DNA from: Gemmatimonadota bacterium
GTDB taxonomy: Bacteria > Gemmatimonadota > Gemmatimonadetes > Gemmatimonadales > Gemmatimonadaceae
Assembly: GCA_031372565.1 (NCBI GenBank)
Contig: JANMLN010000032.1
Coordinates: 1 to 64,000 of the forward strand
DNA: 64,000 bases
Direction of reading: 5' to 3'
Below, one piece after another: positions 48,882 through 57,322 of this stretch (within the stretch, counting starts at the first letter, position 1; each line of letters opens with the position of its first letter). The notes beneath the pieces were generated by a model. That model did not search any database. It worked only from the letters and a program-made list of their open reading frames with translations, and was not told where the DNA came from. The position numbers and the translations under genes are program-made.

Positions 48882-51692
48882 ATGTCACGCGCCCCCCTCG
48901 AGCCCGCCCCGCGCATGCGTCCCGTCCGGTTTCTCTGCCACCTCGCCGCCGTCGCGTCCGTTGCGCTCGCGACCGCCCTCCCCGCCCAGCAGGTGCCCAC
49001 GCCGAAGCAGTTCTTCGGCCACGACATCGGCGCCGACTACCAGCTGCCCAACTACACCAGGTTCATCGCCTTCTGGCAGGCGCTGGCCACGTCGCCGCGC
49101 GCCAAGCTGGACACGATCGGGATGACGGCCGAGGGGCGGCCGCAGCTGATGCTCACCGTCACCAGCCCCGAGAACCACAAGAAGCTGGCCCGCTTCAAGG
49201 ACATCTCGAAGAAGCTGGCCCTGACCGATGGCGTGAGCGAGGACGAAGCCCGGGCGCTCGCGGCCGAGGGCAAGGTCGTGATGTGGATCGATGGTGGCCT
49301 CCACGCCACCGAAGTGCTCGGTGCCCAGCAGCTGCTCGAGACCAGCTGGCAGTTCGTGAGCATGAACGATCCGGAAACGCTGCGCATCCTGAACGACGTG
49401 ATCATCCTGTTCGTCCACGCGAACCCGGACGGCATGGAGCTCGTGAGCAACTGGTACATGCAGGAGAGCGATCCGAAGAAGCGGAACACGCAGATCCCGC
49501 GTCTCTACCAGAAGTACATCGGCCACGACAACAATCGCGACTTCTTCATCGCGAACCAGAACGAAAGCATCAACATGAACCGCCAGTTGTACATGGAGTG
49601 GTTTCCCCAGATCATGTACAACCATCACCAGACCGGCCCCGCCGGCACGGTCATGTTTGCGCCGCCGTTCCGCGATCCGGCCAACTACAACCTGCATCCG
49701 AGCATCATCACGGGGCTCGACCTGATCGGCGCCGCGTTGCACGGGCGCATGGTGGCGGAGAACAAGCCCGGCGTGGTCAATCGCTCACTCTCGGGCTACA
49801 GCACCTGGTGGAACGGCGGCCTGCGCACCACGGTCTACTTCCACAACATGCTCGGCATTCTCACGGAAACGATCGGCAACCCGACGCCGATGAAGATCCC
49901 GTTCCTGCCCGACCGTCAGCTGCGCAACGCCGACCAGGTCCTGCCGCTCGAGCCGCTGCAGGAGTGGCACTTCCGGCAGTCGGTGGACTACTCCGTCACG
50001 GCCAACCGTGCCATTCTCGACCTGGCGAGCAAGTACCGCGAGTTCTTCCTGTACAACATCTACAAGATGGGGAAGGATGAGATCGCGATGGGGTCGAGGG
50101 ACAGCTGGATCACCACCCCCAAGCTGCTGGCCGATGTGCAGGCCAAGGTCGAGGTCGAGCGCACTCGTGCGCGCGAGACGCGCGACAACGAGGCCGAGTT
50201 CTTCGGCTTCGGGGCAGCCGCGCCCGATCGGTTTGCCGCCGACTTCAAGCAGCCAGAGAAGCGCATGCCGCGCGCGTACGTGATTCCGAGCGACCAGACG
50301 GACTTCCTGACGGCGACCAAGTTCATCGTCGCCTTGCAGAAGAACGGCATCTTCGTGGACCGCGCCACCCGCCCGTTCTCCGCCAACGGCAAGAGCTACG
50401 CCGAGGGCTCGTTTGTCGTGCAGGCGTCGCAGGCGTTCCGCCCGCACGTGCTGGACATGTTCGAGCCGCAGGATCACCCGAACGACTTCAAGGTGCCGGG
50501 CGGCGCCCCCACGCGGCCGTACGACAACGCCGGCTGGACGCTGGCCATGAGCATGGGGGTCAAGTACGACCGCCATCTGGAGCCCGTCACGGGGCCGTTC
50601 GAACGGCTTGACCCGCTGGGTGACCGCGTGAAGCCCTCGGCGGGCGCGGTCGCGAGCGGCGGCGCCGGTTGGACCTGGAGCGCCAAGCAGAACGACGCGT
50701 TCAGGGTCGTCGCTCGACTCTGGAAGGCTGGGGCCGACGTGTACAGGCTCGACAAGCCGTCCGGCGCCGCGAGTGTGGGTGCGTTCTACGTCGGCAACAA
50801 CGGAAAGAGCGCGGCGGTGGTCAGGGCGGCTGCGGCAGAGCTGGGGGTCAGCTTCGCATCGAGCGCGAACCTGACGTCGAGCGCGTCGCCACTCAAGGCA
50901 CCACGCATCGCGATCGTCGATCGCTTTGGCGGTCTGATGCCGGCCGGTCACACGCGCTGGCTGCTCGAGCAGTACGAGATGCCGTACGAGATGATCTATC
51001 CGAAGCAGGTGGACGCGGGCAATCTGCGGCAGAAATACGATGTGATCGTGCTCGTGGACGGCGCGCTGCCGCGCAGTGAGACGGCCACCGGACTGCAAGC
51101 ACTGTTCGGGCGCGTCGATACGGCGACTGTCCCGGCGCAGTTCAAGCCGTGGCTGGGGGCGCTCACGCGCGAGACATCGATCCCCAAGCTGCGCGAGTTC
51201 GCGGAGCAGGGCGGGCGACTGTTGGCGATCGGGTCGTCGACGAGCATTGCGCGGTCGTTCGGGCTGCCGATCGGCAACCAGCTGACGGAGCGCACGCCGC
51301 AGGGCACGGTGCGCAACCTGAGCAGCGAAAAGTTCTATGTGCCGGGTTCGTTGCTCGAGGTGGCCTACGACACGACCACGAGCTTGGCGCGCGGGCAGGA
51401 TGCGCGCGGCACGGTTTTCTATGACAACGGGTCGGTGTTCAAGCTGCCGCCCAATGCATCGGAGCTGGGGATCAAGGCGGTGGCGTGGTTCGACTCCCCG
51501 ACGCCGCTCAAGTCCGGGTGGGCCTGGGGGCAGACCTACCTCGAGGGCGGGGTGGCGATCGCGGAGGCGAGTGTGGGGAAGGGGAGCTTGTACCTGTATG
51601 GGCCGGAGGTGCTGTTCCGGGCCACACCGCACGGGACGTTCAAGCTGTTCTTCAACGGGGTGTTTGGTCCGGGGGGGAAGGTGACGCAGTAA
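48882..51692 (+). CDS. Secreted M14 zinc carboxypeptidase-family protein with C-terminal GATase-like domain
   Basis: Signal peptide (start may be 48915); GLHATE, NPDG, GHDNNRD, NHHQ. Confidence 0.9.
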   Translation: MSRAPLEPAPRMRPVRFLCHLAAVASVALATALPAQQVPTPKQFFGHDIGADYQLPNYTRFIAFWQALATSPRAKLDTIGMTAEGRPQLMLTVTSPENHKKLARFKDISKKLALTDGVSEDEARALAAEGKVVMWIDGGLHATEVLGAQQLLETSWQFVSMNDPETLRILNDVIILFVHANPDGMELVSNWYMQESDPKKRNTQIPRLYQKYIGHDNNRDFFIANQNESINMNRQLYMEWFPQIMYNHHQTGPAGTVMFAPPFRDPANYNLHPSIITGLDLIGAALHGRMVAENKPGVVNRSLSGYSTWWNGGLRTTVYFHNMLGILTETIGNPTPMKIPFLPDRQLRNADQVLPLEPLQEWHFRQSVDYSVTANRAILDLASKYREFFLYNIYKMGKDEIAMGSRDSWITTPKLLADVQAKVEVERTRARETRDNEAEFFGFGAAAPDRFAADFKQPEKRMPRAYVIPSDQTDFLTATKFIVALQKNGIFVDRATRPFSANGKSYAEGSFVVQASQAFRPHVLDMFEPQDHPNDFKVPGGAPTRPYDNAGWTLAMSMGVKYDRHLEPVTGPFERLDPLGDRVKPSAGAVASGGAGWTWSAKQNDAFRVVARLWKAGADVYRLDKPSGAASVGAFYVGNNGKSAAVVRAAAAELGVSFASSANLTSSASPLKAPRIAIVDRFGGLMPAGHTRWLLEQYEMPYEMIYPKQVDAGNLRQKYDVIVLVDGALPRSETATGLQALFGRVDTATVPAQFKPWLGALTRETSIPKLREFAEQGGRLLAIGSSTSIARSFGLPIGNQLTERTPQGTVRNLSSEKFYVPGSLLEVAYDTTTSLARGQDARGTVFYDNGSVFKLPPNASELGIKAVAWFDSPTPLKSGWAWGQTYLEGGVAIAEASVGKGSLYLYGPEVLFRATPHGTFKLFFNGVFGPGGKVTQ

Positions 51693-51835
51693 CGCTGAAA
51701 TTCGGCCTCCGTTCGGTAGCTGCCGTGGACTGGGCGGAGGCCGCTCCGTCTGTAGGGGAACTCCTACGACTGTGCGGTACGGCGTCGGCAGCGACCAGAA
51801 AAACAACAGTGTAAACGTACTGTCATCTCGTTACC

Positions 51836-51890
51836 TACCAAGGGTTTATCTGTTGGGAGAGTCTCGAGTCACAGCGGCATGATTTCTGCT
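51836..51890 (+). promoter_or_regulatory. Putative sigma-54 promoter with IHF-like site
   Basis: cGGCATGATTTCTGCt (GG 51876-51877, GC 51888-51889, N10 spacing); TACCAAGGGTTTA at 51836-51848 vs IHF consensus WATCAAN4TTR. Confidence 0.62.
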
Positions 51891-51980
51891 CTCTCGGGAT
51901 GGCCTTCCTCGACGATTGCCGGGCCGCTCGTCGTCGCTGTCGGTTGCACGCCCACCCCCTGATCGAATTGAGGACCGCGC

Positions 51981-53111
51981 ATGCGTTTCCGTTACTTCAC
52001 GATGGCCGCACTTGTGCTCGCACCTGCCGCAGCGACGGCGCAGGACTGGCAGATGCCGAGCGGCTACGGCGTGCAGAATCTCGTCACGGTGCCAGACCTG
52101 ACGACCTCTGCCGGCGTTCCCACGGGCCAGAACAACCAGCGGTACTCGACCGTCTTTGGCACGGCCAACAACGGCGCCTACGACTTCGGCACCAAGGGGA
52201 TGTCGAACTTCGACGGCGTCGTTCAGCTGCTGATCACCCAGTCGGCCGGCACCTTTGCGTGCACGGGCGCGCTCTTGGCGGGTGGCACGCAGGTCCTGAC
52301 GGCCGCACACTGCGTCACGGCGGGCTCGGGCGCCAATGCCGCGATTTCGGTGTCGTTCCGCGGCTACAACTCGGGCGGCTCGCTCGTGACCCTCGGCTCC
52401 GAGGCGGGGAGCCAGGTGCGCATCGCAACTGGCTACACCGGCTCGGTCGTCGACGAGCGTGACGTCGCCGTCATCAACCTCACGAACGCCCTTCCGTCGT
52501 GGGTCACCCAGTACAGCGTCGGCTTCGGCCTCGACCCGATGGGGAAGGAAGTTGTCCTCTCCGGCTATGGCCGCACCGGCAACGGTACGACCGGCGACAA
52601 CCTCAGCAATACGGGGAACGTGCGTCGCGCTGGATTGAACCGCTTCGATGCAACGCGCAACGCCACAACCATCTCGCCGCTGAACTCGTCGTTCGGCATC
52701 CTGTGGGGCGACTTCGATAACGGCACCACCGGCTCAGACCGTACCTGCAACATCTTCGGCGGTCCGTCTGGCTCCTACTTCACCAGTTTCCCACAGTACA
52801 AGACGCAGCTGTGCAACACGGGCGTCGGCGATCCCTTGATGGAAGTCGGCATTGGCCGCGGTGACTCTGGCGGCGGTGCGTTCCTGAACGGCCAGATCGT
52901 CGGCGTTGCCTCGTTTGGCGAGTCGATCAGCTGCCCCTCGACCACCACGTGCGTCGGCGCCTTCGGTCGTGGCTTCGGCTACACGAACATCACGTCGGGC
53001 CCGGCCAGCGACTGGCTGCTCCAGACCGTCCCCGAGCCCTCCACCTACGCGCTGCTCGGTACCGGCCTGCTCGCCGTCTTCGGCTTCGGCCGCCGTCGTC
53101 GCAACAGCTAA
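51981..53111 (+). CDS. S1 (trypsin-fold) serine protease with PEP-CTERM sorting signal
   Basis: Signal ATA; CTGALL, TAAHC, DVAV, GDSGG; tail VPEPSTYALLGTGLLAVFGFGRRRR. Confidence 0.93.
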   Translation: MRFRYFTMAALVLAPAAATAQDWQMPSGYGVQNLVTVPDLTTSAGVPTGQNNQRYSTVFGTANNGAYDFGTKGMSNFDGVVQLLITQSAGTFACTGALLAGGTQVLTAAHCVTAGSGANAAISVSFRGYNSGGSLVTLGSEAGSQVRIATGYTGSVVDERDVAVINLTNALPSWVTQYSVGFGLDPMGKEVVLSGYGRTGNGTTGDNLSNTGNVRRAGLNRFDATRNATTISPLNSSFGILWGDFDNGTTGSDRTCNIFGGPSGSYFTSFPQYKTQLCNTGVGDPLMEVGIGRGDSGGGAFLNGQIVGVASFGESISCPSTTTCVGAFGRGFGYTNITSGPASDWLLQTVPEPSTYALLGTGLLAVFGFGRRRRNS

Positions 53112-53127
53112 CTCCGTGTGCTGCACC

Positions 53128-53171
53128 CCAACGGTTCCTTCCGGTTCGCCGGAAGGAACCGTTGGTCGTTT
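53128..53171 (+). terminator. Intrinsic terminator
   Basis: 17-bp perfect stem 53128-53144/53149-53165, TTCG loop, followed by tcgttt. Confidence 0.85.
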
Positions 53172-53238
53172 CGGTTGGTACGCTGCCAGGGCGGCTCGCG
53201 GTCCGCGCCCCCAAGGCTTCCCCTGACTCGCCCCGACC

Positions 53239-53649
53239 ATGCGTACGCTTCTCCTTGCCCTCACGTCCCTCTTCATGCGCGCGCAAGACCCCAAGGGCAG
53301 CGTCGTGCGTCCGGCGCCGCCGGTCGACCAGCCGAGCTGTCAGCGCATGATCGCCATGGTGCTCCTCCGGGCGACGTCGGCCGACGGCCGCCCCGTGGGC
53401 GACGCCACGATCTCGGTGGTTCGCGTTCGCGGCAAGGCCAAGGTGCCCAGCGCCGAGCTCTCGGCAGCGGGCATGGGCGAGTACAAGGCCATCGATGACA
53501 CCGACGTAGGCCTGATTCGCCGGACCGGCGACACGATCCGCGTCACGCTCACGGCGGGCTCGCGCACGGCCACGACCGACCTGACCGTCGAGCGCCGGGA
53601 CTGCCACGTGGTGAAGACCGCAGGCCCGGATTCGATCGTCCTGCGCTGA
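53239..53649 (+). CDS. Small secreted beta-rich hypothetical protein
   Basis: Hydrophobic N-terminus; DGRPVGDATISV; two Cys (CQRM, DCHV). Confidence 0.65.
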   Translation: MRTLLLALTSLFMRAQDPKGSVVRPAPPVDQPSCQRMIAMVLLRATSADGRPVGDATISVVRVRGKAKVPSAELSAAGMGEYKAIDDTDVGLIRRTGDTIRVTLTAGSRTATTDLTVERRDCHVVKTAGPDSIVLR

Positions 53650-53858
53650 TCAGTCGCGCACTACCGTTCGACGCCCGCGGCTGAGAGCGCGACGGGCGCG
53701 GCGGTCCGGTTTCCGACAGGGGCACACGATGGCAAGGGCGCGCTCACGTGGAGTCGCGCCATGTGGACCCGTACAGTTGCATCGGTGAAACAACTGTGTT
53801 GCGTCGATACCGACAATCGGACCTTCCTTTCTTCACTAATCTCAGGCATCCGTTTACC

Positions 53859-53913
53859 TGACAACAACTTATAAAACATAGAGAATCGTCATCGGGTTGG
53901 TACCAAAATTGCG
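53859..53913 (+). promoter_or_regulatory. Putative sigma-54 promoter with IHF-like site
   Basis: TTGGTACCAAAATTGCG (GG 53899-53900, GC 53911-53912); TGACAACAACTTA at 53859-53871 in an AT-rich tract. Confidence 0.72.
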
Positions 53914-53999
53914 TCTTGTCGGGTCTTCCACATCAATATCCCGTGGAATGTTCGTGCTCCAGAGTCTCGTGCGTGAACTCCCCCCCCCGACCAGACCTC

Positions 54000-55595
54000 A
54001 TGATGACGCGATCCTACCTTCCGCGGCCGCAAGCGTCCCTTGCACTCGCCGTCCTGCTCGCTTCGGCCTGCTCCGATGGCTCCAGCCGTGATGGGGGCGC
54101 CAGCCTCCCGACGGCGAGCCTCACCAGCAGCACGACGACCACGACCACACTCTCGCCGGGTCGGTACCTGGTCGGCGTGACACCGAACGGCGGCATGCCC
54201 GCCGACGTCCTCGCCGCCGGCGGTGCGGTCGTCATCGACAGCATTCCCGCCCTTGGCATCTACGAGGTGAACGCGGCCACGCCGACCGCCATGCGCATGG
54301 CGGGGGTTCGCTACGTCGAAGCCAGCTTCGAGATCACGCTCGACACGCAGCGCGGCGACGCGGTCGTCGACGGTGGCACCACCGAAGACCAGCCGCAGCT
54401 CGGCACCAATCCGAGCTCGGCCGCCTTCTTTGCCAACAACGTGCAGTGGGACATGAAGCAGATGAAGGCCGACTGGGCGTGGGCCAATTCCGAAGGTGGT
54501 CGCGGCACCCGCGTCTGCATCATCGACTCCGGCCTGGACAGCAACCACGTCGAACTCAATCGTGGCAAGGTCGTCGGGCTCACGTCGTTCGTGCCGGGAA
54601 CGTCCCCCGCGCAGCTGGACTCGAACGGACACGGCACCCATGTCGGCTCGACCGTGACCGGCAACGGCGCGTCGATGTCGAGTGTGGCCCCGGACGCGAG
54701 GCTCCTCGGGGCCAAGGTGTTCGCGGCCACGGGCGGCACCCCTGTTTCGCGCGTGGTGTCGGGCCTGCAGTGGTGCGCCGACAATGGCGCCCATGTCATC
54801 AACATGAGCTTGGGCGGAACGCGCTACTACCCGCCGACGCCGCTCACGGCGGAGCCGTCGTATCAGGCGTACGCCGATGGCGTGAAGTACGCGACCGACC
54901 GGGGGGTCGTGGTGGTCGTCTCGGCCGGCAACAGCAACCTGCGCCTGCCGAACCCGAAGCAGGTCGTCGTGCCGGCGCAGGTGCCGGGAACGATCATCGT
55001 CGGCGCCACGGGCCCGCTCTCGAAGAGCGGTCGCTGGTTCCTCGGCTCGACCCTGACCACCCTGCCGCTCACCGCGCCGGCCTGGAACCCGCTCAACACG
55101 CAGCAGGTCTGGTTTGGTCCGGATGGGAAGGCCTTCTATTCCAACTTCGGCACCGGCGTCGACGTCTTCGCGCCCGGTGGCCGTGGCGGCGTGCCGGCGG
55201 GCTACGTGAACCGCATCGTGTGGGATCAGGGAACGCCCGCCGTGCGCGTGCAGCAGACCGGCGGCAGCAATGACAACATCTGGGCGGCCTGCTCGCGTCT
55301 CGCCACGTACAACGGTGCGATCGTCAGCGGTGGAATCCCCGGGGCCGCCGCACAGTGCCGCACCACGCCAACCACGACCCGGTATGCCGCGCTGGCCGGC
55401 ACGAGCATGGCCGCGCCGCACGTGGCCGGCCTCGCCGCGCTGCTGTACGGAGAACTGGGTGGTGCGCCGACCGTCATCAACCGCGCCAAGGTCGAAGGCT
55501 GCATTCGCTCCACGACCGACAACATCGGTCCCGCCACCACGTTCGGCGGTGGCCGCATCAACGCGCAGCAGGCGTTGGCCTGTATCCGTTCCTGA
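54000..55595 (+). CDS. S8 subtilisin-like serine protease, lipoprotein
   Basis: Lipobox LASAC; Thr-rich linker; short propeptide; IIDSG, HGTHV, SAGN, GTSMAAPHVAG. Confidence 0.94.
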   Translation: MMTRSYLPRPQASLALAVLLASACSDGSSRDGGASLPTASLTSSTTTTTTLSPGRYLVGVTPNGGMPADVLAAGGAVVIDSIPALGIYEVNAATPTAMRMAGVRYVEASFEITLDTQRGDAVVDGGTTEDQPQLGTNPSSAAFFANNVQWDMKQMKADWAWANSEGGRGTRVCIIDSGLDSNHVELNRGKVVGLTSFVPGTSPAQLDSNGHGTHVGSTVTGNGASMSSVAPDARLLGAKVFAATGGTPVSRVVSGLQWCADNGAHVINMSLGGTRYYPPTPLTAEPSYQAYADGVKYATDRGVVVVVSAGNSNLRLPNPKQVVVPAQVPGTIIVGATGPLSKSGRWFLGSTLTTLPLTAPAWNPLNTQQVWFGPDGKAFYSNFGTGVDVFAPGGRGGVPAGYVNRIVWDQGTPAVRVQQTGGSNDNIWAACSRLATYNGAIVSGGIPGAAAQCRTTPTTTRYAALAGTSMAAPHVAGLAALLYGELGGAPTVINRAKVEGCIRSTTDNIGPATTFGGGRINAQQALACIRS

Positions 55596-55604
55596 TCCAC
55601 GTCT

Positions 55605-55633
55605 GGGCTGGCGTCAATTCGTGACGCCAGCCC
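55605..55633 (+). other. Intercistronic hairpin without U-tract
   Basis: 12-bp perfect stem gggctggcgtca/tgacgccagccc, loop attcg. Confidence 0.7.
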
Positions 55634-55671
55634 GGTCACTTGCTCCTTCACCGCTTCGTCAAGGTTAGCTC

Positions 55672-56397
55672 ATGATCCGCTTCACCTCGCTCACGCGCGT
55701 TGCCGTGCTCACCGTCGCGATGGCCGTGTCGTCGCTGTCGGCCGGCGCGCAGGCCCTCCAGCCGTTCCGCCTCACCTTTGGCGCGTTCCGATCCGACCAG
55801 ACCACCGAGTGGCAGGCCACGCCCGGCGGTGATGTGTATGAGTCCGGGTTCGGCGTCTTTGCCGCCTTCGGAAGTGGCGCGCGCAATGCCCTCGGGACGT
55901 GGGGAACGAACGACCTTGATCCGTCGCTTCAGGCCAACGTTCCCCGCAACCTTGGTGCGACGTCGGGCGCCATGTGGGGAACGCAGTTCCAGGAGCAGAT
56001 CAACATCTTCCGCGAAGATCCGTATCTCTTCAACCTGCGCTCGATCGATCTCGCACACATGTACGCGCGGTCGTATCTCCTGTCGGGGACGCTCTCGCCG
56101 ATCGCACTGACCATCACTGGCTTCAAGCTGGGCAACGTATCCATCACGCAGACGTTCAACATCCCGGTGCCGTCGATCCTTGGCGGTGACATCACGCCAG
56201 AGCTGTCGACGTACTTCTTCGACAACCGCTGGACGGACCTCACCGAGATCGCCTGGTTGCAGGGCAACGGGTCCGGGCTGTCGCACCAGTTCACCAACAT
56301 CGAGGGTGAGATCATCACCCCCGAGCCGTCGACCTACGTCATGCTCGGCACGGGCCTGCTCGCCGTGTTCGCCGCGCGCCGCCGTCGCTCGGCGTAA
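55672..56397 (+). CDS. PEP-CTERM sorting-domain protein of unknown function
   Basis: Signal AGA; tail TPEPSTYVMLGTGLLAVFAARRRR. Confidence 0.9.
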   Translation: MIRFTSLTRVAVLTVAMAVSSLSAGAQALQPFRLTFGAFRSDQTTEWQATPGGDVYESGFGVFAAFGSGARNALGTWGTNDLDPSLQANVPRNLGATSGAMWGTQFQEQINIFREDPYLFNLRSIDLAHMYARSYLLSGTLSPIALTITGFKLGNVSITQTFNIPVPSILGGDITPELSTYFFDNRWTDLTEIAWLQGNGSGLSHQFTNIEGEIITPEPSTYVMLGTGLLAVFAARRRRSA

Positions 56398-56418
56398 TCG
56401 CGCCGGACCGATCGCACA

Positions 56419-56460
56419 CGGGGGGTCGCCGGTTCGCCGGCGACCCCCCGCTTTCGTTTC
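56419..56460 (+). terminator. Intrinsic terminator between convergent genes
   Basis: 14-bp perfect stem 56419-56432/56437-56450, TTCG loop, then ctttcgtttc. Confidence 0.85.
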
Positions 56461-56488
56461 CGCTACCGCGGCAGCCCCGAGCGGCCGA

Positions 56489-56983
56489 TCAGCAGCGCTG
56501 CGTCTTCCGCTGCACCGAGAACCGCACCACCCCGGGCGCGCGCGGCACGCGGACCGCCACTGTGGGCGTGGTTTCCGCCTGGGTCAGCATGCATTCCGCG
56601 CCCGGTACCGTCTCCACCAGGACGACGTCGAGGTCCTTGCCGACGCGGCGCGTGCCCACGACGTCCAGCTCGAACCCGCCCGTCGGACGTGTCCCCATCG
56701 TGGCGAACGCCACCACTTCCCGCGCGAAATTCACCGGCGGCAGGGGCGGCGCCGGCATCCCGGCGTGCAGCGACGTCCAGAGCGTCGCCCACTCGGCCCC
56801 GTCGCGCACCATCCGCCGCTCCGGCTCACCCACGGTCGCACTCTGTGTATGCAGCAGGCGGGCGCCTGCGGGCAGCTGGTCCATGCGCTGGCTCCGCTTC
56901 TGAACATGTTGCGCCCACGCGGTCGTCGCGCCGGCGAGTACCAAGGTGCACAGGATACCGCCGCCCCACGCGCGCACGCTCAT
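56489..56983 (-). CDS. Secreted protein with PrcB C-terminal-like domain
   Basis: Signal AWA; W..LW...P.VNF.REVV...MG.RPTGGF...V.ET.PG..C...QA.T.P pattern recalled for the PrcB_C family. Confidence 0.75.
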   Translation of the reverse strand: MSVRAWGGGILCTLVLAGATTAWAQHVQKRSQRMDQLPAGARLLHTQSATVGEPERRMVRDGAEWATLWTSLHAGMPAPPLPPVNFAREVVAFATMGTRPTGGFELDVVGTRRVGKDLDVVLVETVPGAECMLTQAETTPTVAVRVPRAPGVVRFSVQRKTQRC

Positions 56984-57321
56984 GCGCGCGGGTCCTGCTG
57001 ATCGCGGTACCGCGCCTCGCCGGCATCCCACAACCGCCGCCCCAAGAGGTGCCCCATCGCCGGAAAGAGCACCACGGCAATCGCGATCCCGGCCCGCAGC
57101 CGGAACGAGAACGGCTGCTCGACCGCGTGCCACGCCAGACCGTTCTCCTTGACCACGCCATAGGCGACGGTCATCAGCGCCGCCGGCAGCCCCCAGCCGA
57201 GCACGCCATAGCGCCAGATGAAGGACGCGCGACCGCCGATGCGCCGTTCTTCCCAACGGCGCTGCTCATCGGTGCGCGCCTCCTCGCGGGTCGCGTGATC
57301 GGTGGGACGCGCGTCGGTCAT
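56980..57321 (-). CDS. Small 2-TM hypothetical membrane protein
   Basis: RWEERR.GGR..FIWRYGVLGWG...W...E.RY; ATG abuts the dehydrogenase stop; TGA overlaps the next ATG. Confidence 0.7.
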   Translation of the reverse strand: MTDARPTDHATREEARTDEQRRWEERRIGGRASFIWRYGVLGWGLPAALMTVAYGVVKENGLAWHAVEQPFSFRLRAGIAIAVVLFPAMGHLLGRRLWDAGEARYRDQQDPRA

Positions 57322-57322
57322 G

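Noticed and set aside
53980..53988. C9 homopolymer upstream of the S8 ATG as a phase-variation tract
   Set aside because: It is outside the inferred coding region and promoter spacer, and C-rich leaders occur elsewhere in the window; read-level data would be needed.
55628..55645. Possible third sigma-54 promoter before the second PEP-CTERM gene (TTGCT present)
   Set aside because: No GG at the -24 position and no IHF-like or upstream motif.
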